From: a virus
Lineage: Duplodnaviria; Caudoviricetes
Reading direction: 5' to 3' (one strand)
IMG/VR virus record: IMGVR_UViG_3300029305_001134
Coordinates: 1-64,000 of that record
DNA: 64,000 nt
Part shown: positions 1 through 8,650 of the stretch, one piece after another
Layout of the letters: the number at the start of each line of letters is the position of its first letter
Position numbering within the stretch: position 1 is the first letter of the stretch
The notes under the pieces: generated by a model
What the model was told of the DNA's origin: nothing
Seen by the model: only the letters and a program-made list of their open reading frames with translations
Databases searched by the model: none
Made by a program: the position numbers and the translations under genes

Positions 1-46
1 CTTTGATATTTCCGCGCGGGGATTTTCGCCAAAACAATTTATATTT

Positions 47-150
47 TCAAATAGTGCTTAAACGAGCTTATGAGTTCACATTAAATGGCATCTTTCCTTA
101 CAAATTTCCCCTAAAACATATTCTCATAAGCTCTTTTAAGCATTATTTGA
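47..150 (+). ncRNA. long stem-loop, candidate structured RNA or leader
   Basis: TCAAATAGTGCTTAAA-C-GAGCTTATGAG (47-74) pairs with CTCATAAGCTC-TTTTAAGCATTATTTGA (123-150); pyrimidine-rich loop. Confidence 0.5.
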
Positions 151-189
151 TTATATTTAACACATTTACACACGAAAGGAGGCAACTGT

Positions 190-531
190 ATGGCTAAACC
201 CATGGTTGCAGGTTCCTCTAGCACTCCAAGACGAGGTAGAAAAGCCATAGGTAAAGAAGCTAGAGAGAATCAGCTTATATCTTTAGCAATGGATCTAGCG
301 GAACAGCAGCTACGAGACGGTACTGCTTCCTCTCAGGTTATTACCGAATTCATCAAGCGTGGCTCCATGAAACAAGAATTAGAGCTGGAGAAACTTCGAG
401 CCGAAAACAAAATGCTCCTAGCGAAAGCAAAAGCATATGAAGATCAGAAGAACATGGCTGAGGTTTACGAACGAGCTCTTAAAGCTATGCGAAACTACGC
501 TGGACAGGGTGATGACGATGACTATGAATGA
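190..531 (+). CDS. conserved phage protein, possible terminase small subunit
   Basis: RBS AAAGGAGG; helical/coiled-coil; first gene, directly before the packaging HNH. Confidence 0.5.
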   Translation: MAKPMVAGSSSTPRRGRKAIGKEARENQLISLAMDLAEQQLRDGTASSQVITEFIKRGSMKQELELEKLRAENKMLLAKAKAYEDQKNMAEVYERALKAMRNYAGQGDDDDYE

Positions 532-949
532 TAGAACATATTCCGAACTCATGTTCATACGAGATTACTTAAAACGCTTCGAGTATCTCAAACTTGACGG
601 ACGAGTTGGTGAGATTACATTTGGATATGAACGTTATCTAAACCAAACTCTTTACCGTTCAGAAGAATGGAAACGCTTTCGTAGAGATATCATCCTTCGA
701 GACAATGGCTGTGATCTGGCTTGTGAAGGGTTTGAAATTTACGGAAAGATTATGGTCCACCATATCAACCCGATCACAATCGATGATGTGGCACGACGAA
801 GTAAAAAAGTTTTTGATCCAGAGAATGTAATTTGTTGTAGTATGAATACTCACAATGCAATCCATTATGGTGATTCGGGATTACTGTTAACTGGACCAAT
901 AACAAGAACTAAATACGATACATGCCCATGGAGAAAGGAGAGTCCATGA
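524..949 (+). CDS. HNH endonuclease (packaging-associated type)
   Basis: RDNGCDLAC...VHHINP...ENVICCSMNTHNAIHY motif; ATG 524 overlaps the upstream stop. Confidence 0.85.
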   Translation: MNDRTYSELMFIRDYLKRFEYLKLDGRVGEITFGYERYLNQTLYRSEEWKRFRRDIILRDNGCDLACEGFEIYGKIMVHHINPITIDDVARRSKKVFDPENVICCSMNTHNAIHYGDSGLLLTGPITRTKYDTCPWRKESP

Positions 950-1269
950 GAACATTACGATTTATAGTAAAAGGTCAGACGATTAGTTTAGACCCACAAT
1001 GCGACTTTAAAGGGCTTATTCCAGGTACTGAGGGATACCTAGAGGCCGAATTCTCCTTCTCGAAAGAGTGGGAAAGTTGTATAAAAGTGGTAGCATTCTT
1101 CTCCAATCTAGGACGAGAGTACGAACCACAAGTATTAAACAGACGAAATGTATGTATAATCCCTCAAGAAGCTCTTGCTAACCGAATATTTAAAGTACAA
1201 GTAGTCGGAAAGAAAGACAACTATACATTACGCACAAACAGAATTGCTGTACGTCAGGAAGGGAGGTAA
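946..1269 (+). CDS. small virion protein, BppU-N-like
   Basis: RBS AAAGGAG before ATG 946; AEFSFSKEW...CIIPQEAL...VQVVGK pattern. Confidence 0.55.
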   Translation: MRTLRFIVKGQTISLDPQCDFKGLIPGTEGYLEAEFSFSKEWESCIKVVAFFSNLGREYEPQVLNRRNVCIIPQEALANRIFKVQVVGKKDNYTLRTNRIAVRQEGR

Positions 1270-1274
1270 TCGAT

Positions 1275-3695
1275 ATGAGTCAAGCAGAAGATTTATTAAA
1301 TTCTTTAGCGGAGTCAGTAGCGGTGCATGAGCATCCAGTAGTTGATTCCGATTCATATTTCATTATCGATCCTGATACCAGAACCATCACGAATACAGCA
1401 GAAACTAAAAATGTGATAATGCAATATGACCACGATTCCGAGCGATATACATTCGAATTGAAACGATTTATCGAAGCTCACGACATGATGTTGTGTAACG
1501 TGGTCAAAGTTCATTATAACAATATCGATGGAACCACCGGTGAAGAGCATGCTGACGTAGCCGATATTTATGATTTACGCATCAACCCAGATAACACCGG
1601 AACAGTTCTTTGTTCATGGACTATTTCCAGACAGGCTACACAGTTAGCGGGTGTATTGAGTTTCTTGGTTCAGTATATTTGTACAGCACCAGACGGAACT
1701 GTTGTATACGAGTGGCACTCCGATATTTATTCCGATGTAGAAGTCAGAGCTGGTCGCAACAATGGTGAAGCATCTATCATCCCATACAGCGATATTCTCG
1801 AACAGTGGCGAAACCGTTTATTCGGAGCTGGTAATACGGTAATTACCGATATCGCGGCAGCCGCTGAAGCAGAGAAAACATCTATCGAGTTAAAAGGTCA
1901 GGAAACGTTAGCAACAATTCCAGCTGATTATACTACTACGTACAACATGGCCGAAGAAGCTTTACGCCGAAAAGCAGATGCTATCGAATTGGAAGTAGAA
2001 GGTGTTGGTATAACGGTTGATAACGCATCTGATGGGTATTTACTCGGATTAGAAGTATACGGCAAGACTGAACAGAACACTACGAGTGGTGTGCAGTTGT
2101 TGAATATTTCAGAAGATAATTCAACATTAGATCGAGGATTAACGCAAATCGTAGAAAAAGGTGTATGTAGTGTTAGTGGTACCGCATCTTCAACTGGTGG
2201 ATTTAGCTTAACATTACTCGGCACATATACCAATACCAAGGCGTTATTTACATTGGAAGCGGGTACGTATACGGCTACTGATTGTTCTCTGTATTCATTC
2301 GATGGAACCACTCGAAAAGATTATAGAGGTACATTCACATTAGAAGAGCCAACCGATATTACTTGGGTTGCTACTAGATCCTTTGCGAACGGCGAAACAG
2401 TAAAAGAAACAACGTATCCTATGTTGGTATATGGAACTGTAGAACGTCCTTGGGAACCTTATTCTTACGGAAGACCTTCCCCTAGCATGAAATGCGCTCA
2501 GGAAATGGTGAGTATTGAGAATCCACTTGTCGGTATATTTGGTATTAATCTCGCCGATATACAGAACATCGACGTGCACGCAAACCAAACTTTAGAAATT
2601 TCAGAAGATAGCTATACAATAGTTGCTTCTGGCGGTTCAGATAAACCATATACATCATCCACGGTGTCACTGAATGTTGATTTATTGAAGGGTAAAAGAG
2701 TAATACTTAAAGCCGATAGTATTACCAACACCAACACAAATGCCCATGGCGTAGTTCAGTTAAATGTTAAGACTCCATCTGGTAGAATGTATATGCCTAT
2801 TTCAACCTATGCGCTATCAAAGACAATCGATATCCCTAGTGATACCACCGAACTCATATTGTCTGTATATACGAATAATACTGAATCGGCGCTAGCTGAA
2901 GATAACACGAATACTGTAAAAGGTCTTGGTGTATATTTTGTCGACAGCGATTGGAAACCTTATGTTCCAATTCAAACCGCTAAGTTCCCATACGTCTTAC
3001 GAGGCAATAAGATAGACTCTGGTGGTAATTATATTGATTCCACAGGACAGCGATGGGTAGCTGATTATGTTGATTGCGAAAACAAACGAATAGTCAGACG
3101 AATCGGTCTTATGACTTTAGATAGTACGAGAACATATCATATAAACGCTTATAGATTGCAGGAAGGCTTATATGTATTCGGTACTAATTTCAAAACTACC
3201 GATGATTACGAATCACCACTTTACGCTGATAAACTCCAGTATCAATTGTGGGGATATTTAGCAGCAGGCGAAGGTAGAGGAGATAAGATATACAAAGTGT
3301 CAGATGGTATATTCGTTTATTTAGAGGATCAGTCTATTTGTACGGTGGCAGATTTCACGAATTATGTAGGTGAGAATCCGATTGTAGTTCAGTATATTCT
3401 TGGAACTCCAGTATACGAGCCACTTACGGACGAAGAAGTAGCAGCTTATAAAGCTTTACATAGTAATTATTATACGACTACGATTCAAAATGATTCGAAA
3501 GCTCATATGAAAGTTACTTACGCAGCGGACACCGAAATCTTCTTACGAGATAATCAACCAGTTCCAACCGAGGAGCAGGTAAGCGAAAACATTCGAACAT
3601 ATCTCGATGAAAAAGGAGCTCAGTATCCATCTGACGAACATATTAACGAATTGATTCACGCAGCACTGGAGGAATGTTTGAATGGCGTATATTAA
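1275..3695 (+). CDS. fibre/receptor-binding-like virion protein with beta-rich modules
   Basis: 806 aa; BppU-like N-terminus (QYDHDSERYTFE); linker motifs shared with 4506-6857. Confidence 0.7.
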   Translation: MSQAEDLLNSLAESVAVHEHPVVDSDSYFIIDPDTRTITNTAETKNVIMQYDHDSERYTFELKRFIEAHDMMLCNVVKVHYNNIDGTTGEEHADVADIYDLRINPDNTGTVLCSWTISRQATQLAGVLSFLVQYICTAPDGTVVYEWHSDIYSDVEVRAGRNNGEASIIPYSDILEQWRNRLFGAGNTVITDIAAAAEAEKTSIELKGQETLATIPADYTTTYNMAEEALRRKADAIELEVEGVGITVDNASDGYLLGLEVYGKTEQNTTSGVQLLNISEDNSTLDRGLTQIVEKGVCSVSGTASSTGGFSLTLLGTYTNTKALFTLEAGTYTATDCSLYSFDGTTRKDYRGTFTLEEPTDITWVATRSFANGETVKETTYPMLVYGTVERPWEPYSYGRPSPSMKCAQEMVSIENPLVGIFGINLADIQNIDVHANQTLEISEDSYTIVASGGSDKPYTSSTVSLNVDLLKGKRVILKADSITNTNTNAHGVVQLNVKTPSGRMYMPISTYALSKTIDIPSDTTELILSVYTNNTESALAEDNTNTVKGLGVYFVDSDWKPYVPIQTAKFPYVLRGNKIDSGGNYIDSTGQRWVADYVDCENKRIVRRIGLMTLDSTRTYHINAYRLQEGLYVFGTNFKTTDDYESPLYADKLQYQLWGYLAAGEGRGDKIYKVSDGIFVYLEDQSICTVADFTNYVGENPIVVQYILGTPVYEPLTDEEVAAYKALHSNYYTTTIQNDSKAHMKVTYAADTEIFLRDNQPVPTEEQVSENIRTYLDEKGAQYPSDEHINELIHAALEECLNGVY

Positions 3696-4269
3696 ACAAT
3701 TAACAGATATCGCCAATGCTATTCGAACAGTGACTGGTGAATCTGGCAAAATGACTTTAAGTCAAATGGCTAAGAAAATTAAAAAATTAGAAGTCCCAGC
3801 TGATAGTTTTGTGTTGGTTACGGAAGACGGAAACGAATACACCGCGGTAATGACTCACGAAGAAGTGGTTTTAACCGCTATAGCGAATGATATTCGAGAA
3901 GGTACGACTGGACTTACTGTGAATGGTGTGACTAAAGGTACAGCTAAAATCCCGGCTTATCATACTTGGCAGGGAGTCGCTATAATTCCTAACGGTAGTG
4001 ATTTTAAAATCACCAATCGAGATCCCAATATCGATTACCATGATTTTACAGAAATACAAAGCATGATATGTTCATATAATACGAATTTGGCGAATAGCGT
4101 TTCCACGGATAGAGTATCGATTGGTGATAAAGTGTATGCGGTTCAATCTACATCAGCAGTCGCTACGTTAACCAAAAATACAACGAATAAAACAATTGAA
4201 TATGGAATTACGAATACATCTGGTGGCATCCAAGTTATCAGATTCTTTATGTATAAGGAGGTAAAATAA
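3682..4269 (+). CDS. fibre-associated protein
   Basis: LTDIANAIRTVTG..MTLSQMA N-terminus typical of phage fibre proteins; RBS GGAGG. Confidence 0.6.
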   Translation: MAYIKQLTDIANAIRTVTGESGKMTLSQMAKKIKKLEVPADSFVLVTEDGNEYTAVMTHEEVVLTAIANDIREGTTGLTVNGVTKGTAKIPAYHTWQGVAIIPNGSDFKITNRDPNIDYHDFTEIQSMICSYNTNLANSVSTDRVSIGDKVYAVQSTSAVATLTKNTTNKTIEYGITNTSGGIQVIRFFMYKEVK

Positions 4270-4270
4270 T

Positions 4271-4480
4271 ATGTCAATGAATTACGCTTATAGTTATGCT
4301 GAAATTGATTTAGCAACGGGTATGTGTATTGGCGTTCACACGATGACTTCACCTGTAGATAGCCCATACTATATTCCAATTCCAACTTACGACGAAGAGT
4401 ATTGTTTGAAATACTACATCAACGGTAATTGGTATGAGGATGCTGAAGGAACTATTCCTTGGACATCTGCATTAGTTTAA
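4271..4480 (+). CDS. small acidic protein, possible fibre chaperone
   Basis: RBS AGGAGGT; 69 aa. Confidence 0.6.
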   Translation: MSMNYAYSYAEIDLATGMCIGVHTMTSPVDSPYYIPIPTYDEEYCLKYYINGNWYEDAEGTIPWTSALV

Positions 4481-4505
4481 TTAAAAGTAAAGGAGCCGAT
4501 AACAT

Positions 4506-6857
4506 ATGTCAACTAAGAAATTACAAGTATTCGGCTTAAAAGGCGAAAAAGGTACCGGTATTAAGAAGATCACCCAAACTACCGTTGCGACAGAAGACAA
4601 AGGTAAGAACGTCGTTAATATTGCCCTCGACGACGGAACATCCTATAATGTCGAAATTCAAAATGGTAGTAAGGGATCTATTGACAATATCGATACCACA
4701 TTATCAGTAGAAGGGGTTGCCGCAGAATCCAAAACCACAGGCGATAAATTCTACGAATTAGAAAAAAGAAAAGCCCCAGGAATCGCCCGTTCAATGTCTG
4801 GAAAGAGCATGGTAGCGAAAGACTCCAGTAAGAATCCATTTACAGGCATGAAACTGTTCGGAAAGACCACGCAGAAGAGTACGACTGGGGCGCAGTTGGC
4901 GGAGTTTCCAGATGACGTTTATACGGCGAATGGCGTTACGATCACAATAAAAGACGGAGTAATTACTTGTTCTGGTACGCCAACTGTCGAAAATGGTATC
5001 TTTTTAACAAAATGGGGAAAAGATATCGATTTGAATTTGTTAACTGTAGGGGAGACTTATTACGCATACGGCTTTTGTCAATTAGGTGTTTATATAGGTG
5101 AAGAACTGAAATATATTTCGGGGAGCTTTACATACACAGAGAATGTAAGCCGAATACGTCCTTATATTCAATTGATGGTTGAAACATACACAAATGGTAT
5201 GATTTTATACCCAAGACTTGTAGCGGTAGAAAATGCTAATTTCGAACCCTACACAGGCGGAGCACCAAGCCCATCCGTAGACTACAAGCAGGAGTTGAAA
5301 CATCTGGGCGAGTGGTGGAATTTGTTGAATCTGCCAGATGTGGAAGAGAATACTATTAAAGGTGTTACTTGGAGTTGCAAGAATGGTGTAGTTAGTATAA
5401 AAGGTACTGCAACTGAGGATTTCTCTACAAGGAATAATGGTATTTTTGCCGATATAACTGGATTTAAAGGAACGTATCGTATAAGCGGTGGCGATAACCA
5501 AAAATCTGTATGGGTTATGATTACGTCGGCTGATGGTGTAACTACTTATAAAAGACATGAGTCATTCACGTTAGATGGTTCAGAAAGTTTAGTCCATATT
5601 TATATTCTGATTATTTCTGGTACAACCGTTGACGAAAAAATTTACCCAATGCTCAACTACGGCACAACCGCTCTCCCTTACCGCCCATACAGTGGGGAGA
5701 AAGAGATTAGGGTTGAGGTGTTTGGGGGGAATTTGTTTGATGTAAGGAACGCAAAGACAACAATAGGCGGAGTAACAATAACTGGTAATGGTAATAAGTG
5801 CGTTATTAGTGGAACATGTACTACTGGTAATTGGGTTAATGTACAAAAACAATCCATACCCAAAGGAACATATACAATTAGTGTAGACATTAAAGGAAAT
5901 ACTCCTGAACAAGGTTGGATGTTACAATACAATACAAACGAGTCGAATGCGTCCAATGTTGTTGAGACTAACTTGAGATTTGAAAAAGCATATACTTTTA
6001 CATTAGAAGAAGACGGTTTTGCGCAAGTATTACTCGGTATACAAGTTGGAGAAGTGTATAACTCGGTTGAAATTGAAATTATGCTCAATTACGGTGACAC
6101 AGTCCTCCCATACGAACCCTACAACACCCCACAATCCCTCATCACCCCAGTATCCTCTGGACTCCCAGGCATCCCACTTGGTGCAACCACTCCAGATGCG
6201 ATTGCCAACAGTCCAGTACATATGTCTGGTGTTTGGTGGGATGATGAAGAAGAGCAGTATTACATTGGGGATACCAAGGATTATGAGAGTGGAAAGTATG
6301 TGCAGAGGGTATTTGAGTATGAATTTACGGGAATGGAAACTTTGGGTGGATATAGCACTGGAGAAAATTATTTGCCCATATTTTATCCAGAAAATAAAAC
6401 CATTCAATATTTAAATGGAATGAGTAATATTATGGAAGTTGTTAGAAGTTTCTCTATGATAATGAACAATGACAACACACTATCGTGTGCACAAGGTGGG
6501 ATTGTAATTCACCTAAGCGGAATCAAAGGTGTAGGAGATAATACCTTGTATCCAACAACTAATGAATTGTTAAATGCAGCCAAAAGTAGATTGAAAGAAT
6601 TATCAGACGCAGGAAAGCCTTTGAGAATACTTTATATCCTCGCCACCCCAATCGAAACCGACATTCCAGCCGAGGAAATCGTAGCTTACCAGAAACTCAC
6701 AACCAACTACCCAACCACCACAGTCTTTAACGATTGCGACGCGATGATAGAAGTGGGGTATGTGGCGGATACAGCAAATTACATTGGCCATAACTACGTA
6801 CCATTATCCAAATACACGGAATTGGAAGAACGTATAACCACTTTAGAAAACAAATAA
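4506..6857 (+). CDS. fibre/receptor-binding-like protein, paralog of 1275-3695
   Basis: 783 aa; repeated beta-sandwich modules ending in MLNYG..ALPY.PY; collagen-like GLKGEKG at the N-terminus. Confidence 0.7.
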   Translation: MSTKKLQVFGLKGEKGTGIKKITQTTVATEDKGKNVVNIALDDGTSYNVEIQNGSKGSIDNIDTTLSVEGVAAESKTTGDKFYELEKRKAPGIARSMSGKSMVAKDSSKNPFTGMKLFGKTTQKSTTGAQLAEFPDDVYTANGVTITIKDGVITCSGTPTVENGIFLTKWGKDIDLNLLTVGETYYAYGFCQLGVYIGEELKYISGSFTYTENVSRIRPYIQLMVETYTNGMILYPRLVAVENANFEPYTGGAPSPSVDYKQELKHLGEWWNLLNLPDVEENTIKGVTWSCKNGVVSIKGTATEDFSTRNNGIFADITGFKGTYRISGGDNQKSVWVMITSADGVTTYKRHESFTLDGSESLVHIYILIISGTTVDEKIYPMLNYGTTALPYRPYSGEKEIRVEVFGGNLFDVRNAKTTIGGVTITGNGNKCVISGTCTTGNWVNVQKQSIPKGTYTISVDIKGNTPEQGWMLQYNTNESNASNVVETNLRFEKAYTFTLEEDGFAQVLLGIQVGEVYNSVEIEIMLNYGDTVLPYEPYNTPQSLITPVSSGLPGIPLGATTPDAIANSPVHMSGVWWDDEEEQYYIGDTKDYESGKYVQRVFEYEFTGMETLGGYSTGENYLPIFYPENKTIQYLNGMSNIMEVVRSFSMIMNNDNTLSCAQGGIVIHLSGIKGVGDNTLYPTTNELLNAAKSRLKELSDAGKPLRILYILATPIETDIPAEEIVAYQKLTTNYPTTTVFNDCDAMIEVGYVADTANYIGHNYVPLSKYTELEERITTLENK

Positions 6858-6864
6858 AAAAATC

Positions 6865-7042
6865 AAAATGGATTCACAAGATAACATTCACAAGAGCTTA
6901 CAGAGTTAGTCACCAACCAAATAGAGATTTTTCCTTTCGCACGGTCACACATCCAAATCCTAAACCCAGCCGTGTTTTCCTTAAGATCTCTAGACCAACC
7001 CTGTGAGTTCCTCTGAGTGTTATCTTTTTGTGTGTCCATTTT
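6865..7042 (+). ncRNA. structured RNA directly upstream of the tRNA
   Basis: AAAATGGATTCACAAGATAACATTCA..GAGCTTACAG pairs with CTGTGAGTTC..TGAGTGTTATCTT..TGTGTGTCCATTTT; inner stems TAGAGAT/ATCTCTA and CACGG/CCGTG; no ORF. Confidence 0.6.
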
Positions 7043-7044
7043 TA

Positions 7045-7117
7045 GGACCTTTAGCTCAGTTGGTCAGAGCAGTCGGCTCATAACCGATTGGCCCAGGTTC
7101 GAGTCCTGGAAGGTCCA
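7045..7117 (+). tRNA. tRNA with CAT anticodon, most likely tRNA-Ile2 (lysidine, reads AUA)
   Basis: Full cloverleaf: GGACCTT/AAGGTCC acceptor, GCTC/GAGC D-stem, GTCGG-CTCATAA-CCGAT anticodon arm, CCAGG-TTCGAGT-CCTGG T-arm; resembles Firmicute tRNA-Ile(CAU); CCA not encoded. Confidence 0.92.
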
Positions 7118-7164
7118 TTTATTGTAATGAAATTACGAAAAATATTAATAAAAGGAGGGATGAT

Positions 7165-7506
7165 ATGGAAAGCATACTGACATCGATTAAGAAACAGTTA
7201 GGTATAACTGAAGAATACACTGTGTTCGACGATCAGATAATCATGCATATTAATTCCACATTCATGGTACTTAATCAGCTTGGTGTCGGACCGCCAGAAG
7301 GATTTTATATCGAAGATGATTATGCTACCTGGTCTGATTATCTCGGTGATCCAGTCAAGCTGCAAATGGTTAAAACTTACATGGGTCACAAGGTAAGACT
7401 CCTTTTCGATCCTCCATCAAGTTCGGCACATATGAACGCTATTACTCAGGTAATTAATGAGTTCGAATGGCGTCTCAATGTTGCGGTAGATCCAACGAAT
7501 AACTAA
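7165..7506 (+). CDS. head-tail connector/adaptor protein
   Basis: SILTSIKKQLGI...FDDQIIMHINS...LLFDPPSSS motif. Confidence 0.7.
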   Translation: MESILTSIKKQLGITEEYTVFDDQIIMHINSTFMVLNQLGVGPPEGFYIEDDYATWSDYLGDPVKLQMVKTYMGHKVRLLFDPPSSSAHMNAITQVINEFEWRLNVAVDPTNN

Positions 7507-7524
7507 GAGAGGAGGAAAATCAAA

Positions 7525-8640
7525 ATGGAGAACATTACGAATACGTATCCAGACGAGTTACAGCATTATGGTATTCTCGGCATGCAGTGGGGTAAAAGAC
7601 GTTTCCAGAATAAGGATGGTTCTCTTACACCAGAAGGAAAGAAACGTTACGACAAAGATTCAGACGATGAAACTACTACTATCACGATGCAGGTTAAAAA
7701 ATCTGATGCGGATAAGTTTAAGAATGCACATAAGAAGTCTCCCAACGAAATGACTGGTAAGGATTATAAGCAGATGAAGCCTGCCGATATGACAGATGAA
7801 GAGCTTAGAAGAGCTATCGAACGTTCTCGAATGGAGAAAGCGTACGCAGAACTTAATCCCGAACCAGTTTCTAGAGGTAAAGAAATAGTTGATAAAATTA
7901 TTTTCGATAAACTTATTCCTAGTGCAATTGATGCTGGTAAAAACTTCATGGATAAGAAACTTGGTAAGATTATCGACGAAGCTATGAAAGATGCTAAACC
8001 AGAGAGTGAATACGACAAACTTAAGAAGAAGTACGATCTGGAGAAGCTGAAGAAAGACTTGGCTGATCTTGGCAAGCCTAAAGAAGAATCTCTTCAGGAT
8101 GCTTTTAATAAGTATGGTAAAATGGGCGAAAGTATTAAAAAAGCAAGAGATGCTGGTATTCCTATCGACGATGATGTCGTTAAAAACATGACCGGTGTTG
8201 GTCTTAAGTCTAAGAAAAACGACGACACGAAAACAGATTCTAAATCTAAAAACGAGTCTAAATCAGAATCAAAGTCCGAACCTAAAACAGAAACTAAATC
8301 AGAATCAAAGTCCGAACCTAAAACAGAAACTAAATCAGAATCAAAGTCCGAACCTAAAACAGAACCTGAATCCAAACCTAAGTCTGAACCAAAATCGGAA
8401 TCTAAACCAAAAGACGACGATACAGTTTGGTCTGGTAAAGTTGAAGGTAAAGGAACGTCTACTAGTAGTATAAAAGATGAATGGGCGAATGGTAAGAAAT
8501 GGTGGGATAACAGTAACGTGACTGAGACTGTTTGGTTTGAGTCCGATTACAGCGATTTTGTCAATAACAGAACAACTCAATCCTATATTTCATCTGGACA
8601 ATCTTATGCTACAGCTTTCTTAGAAGACCATTCGAGGTAG
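7525..8640 (+). CDS. LxH-YG-x-GMxWG family protein with low-complexity KSE repeats
   Basis: ELQHYGILGMQWGKRRFQNKDGSLTPEGKKRY N-terminus. Confidence 0.8.
   Translation: MENITNTYPDELQHYGILGMQWGKRRFQNKDGSLTPEGKKRYDKDSDDETTTITMQVKKSDADKFKNAHKKSPNEMTGKDYKQMKPADMTDEELRRAIERSRMEKAYAELNPEPVSRGKEIVDKIIFDKLIPSAIDAGKNFMDKKLGKIIDEAMKDAKPESEYDKLKKKYDLEKLKKDLADLGKPKEESLQDAFNKYGKMGESIKKARDAGIPIDDDVVKNMTGVGLKSKKNDDTKTDSKSKNESKSESKSEPKTETKSESKSEPKTETKSESKSEPKTEPESKPKSEPKSESKPKDDDTVWSGKVEGKGTSTSSIKDEWANGKKWWDNSNVTETVWFESDYSDFVNNRTTQSYISSGQSYATAFLEDHSR
8258..8364 (+). repeat. 36-bp tandem repeat x3 (KSESKSEPKTET)
   Basis: CTAAATCAGAATCAAAGTCCGAACCTAAAACAGAAA units at 8258, 8294 and 8330. Confidence 0.95.
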
Positions 8641-8650
8641 GTGACACAAC

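Noticed and set aside
11-22. GC-rich palindrome CCGCGCGG as a cos/pac site
   Set aside because: The position is suggestive, but it lies at the window edge and cannot be supported without terminus data.
3-197. ORF 3-197 and similar calls (36473-36664, and the 5' part of 48885-49754)
   Set aside because: They run through hairpins, terminators or promoter motifs and lack an RBS.
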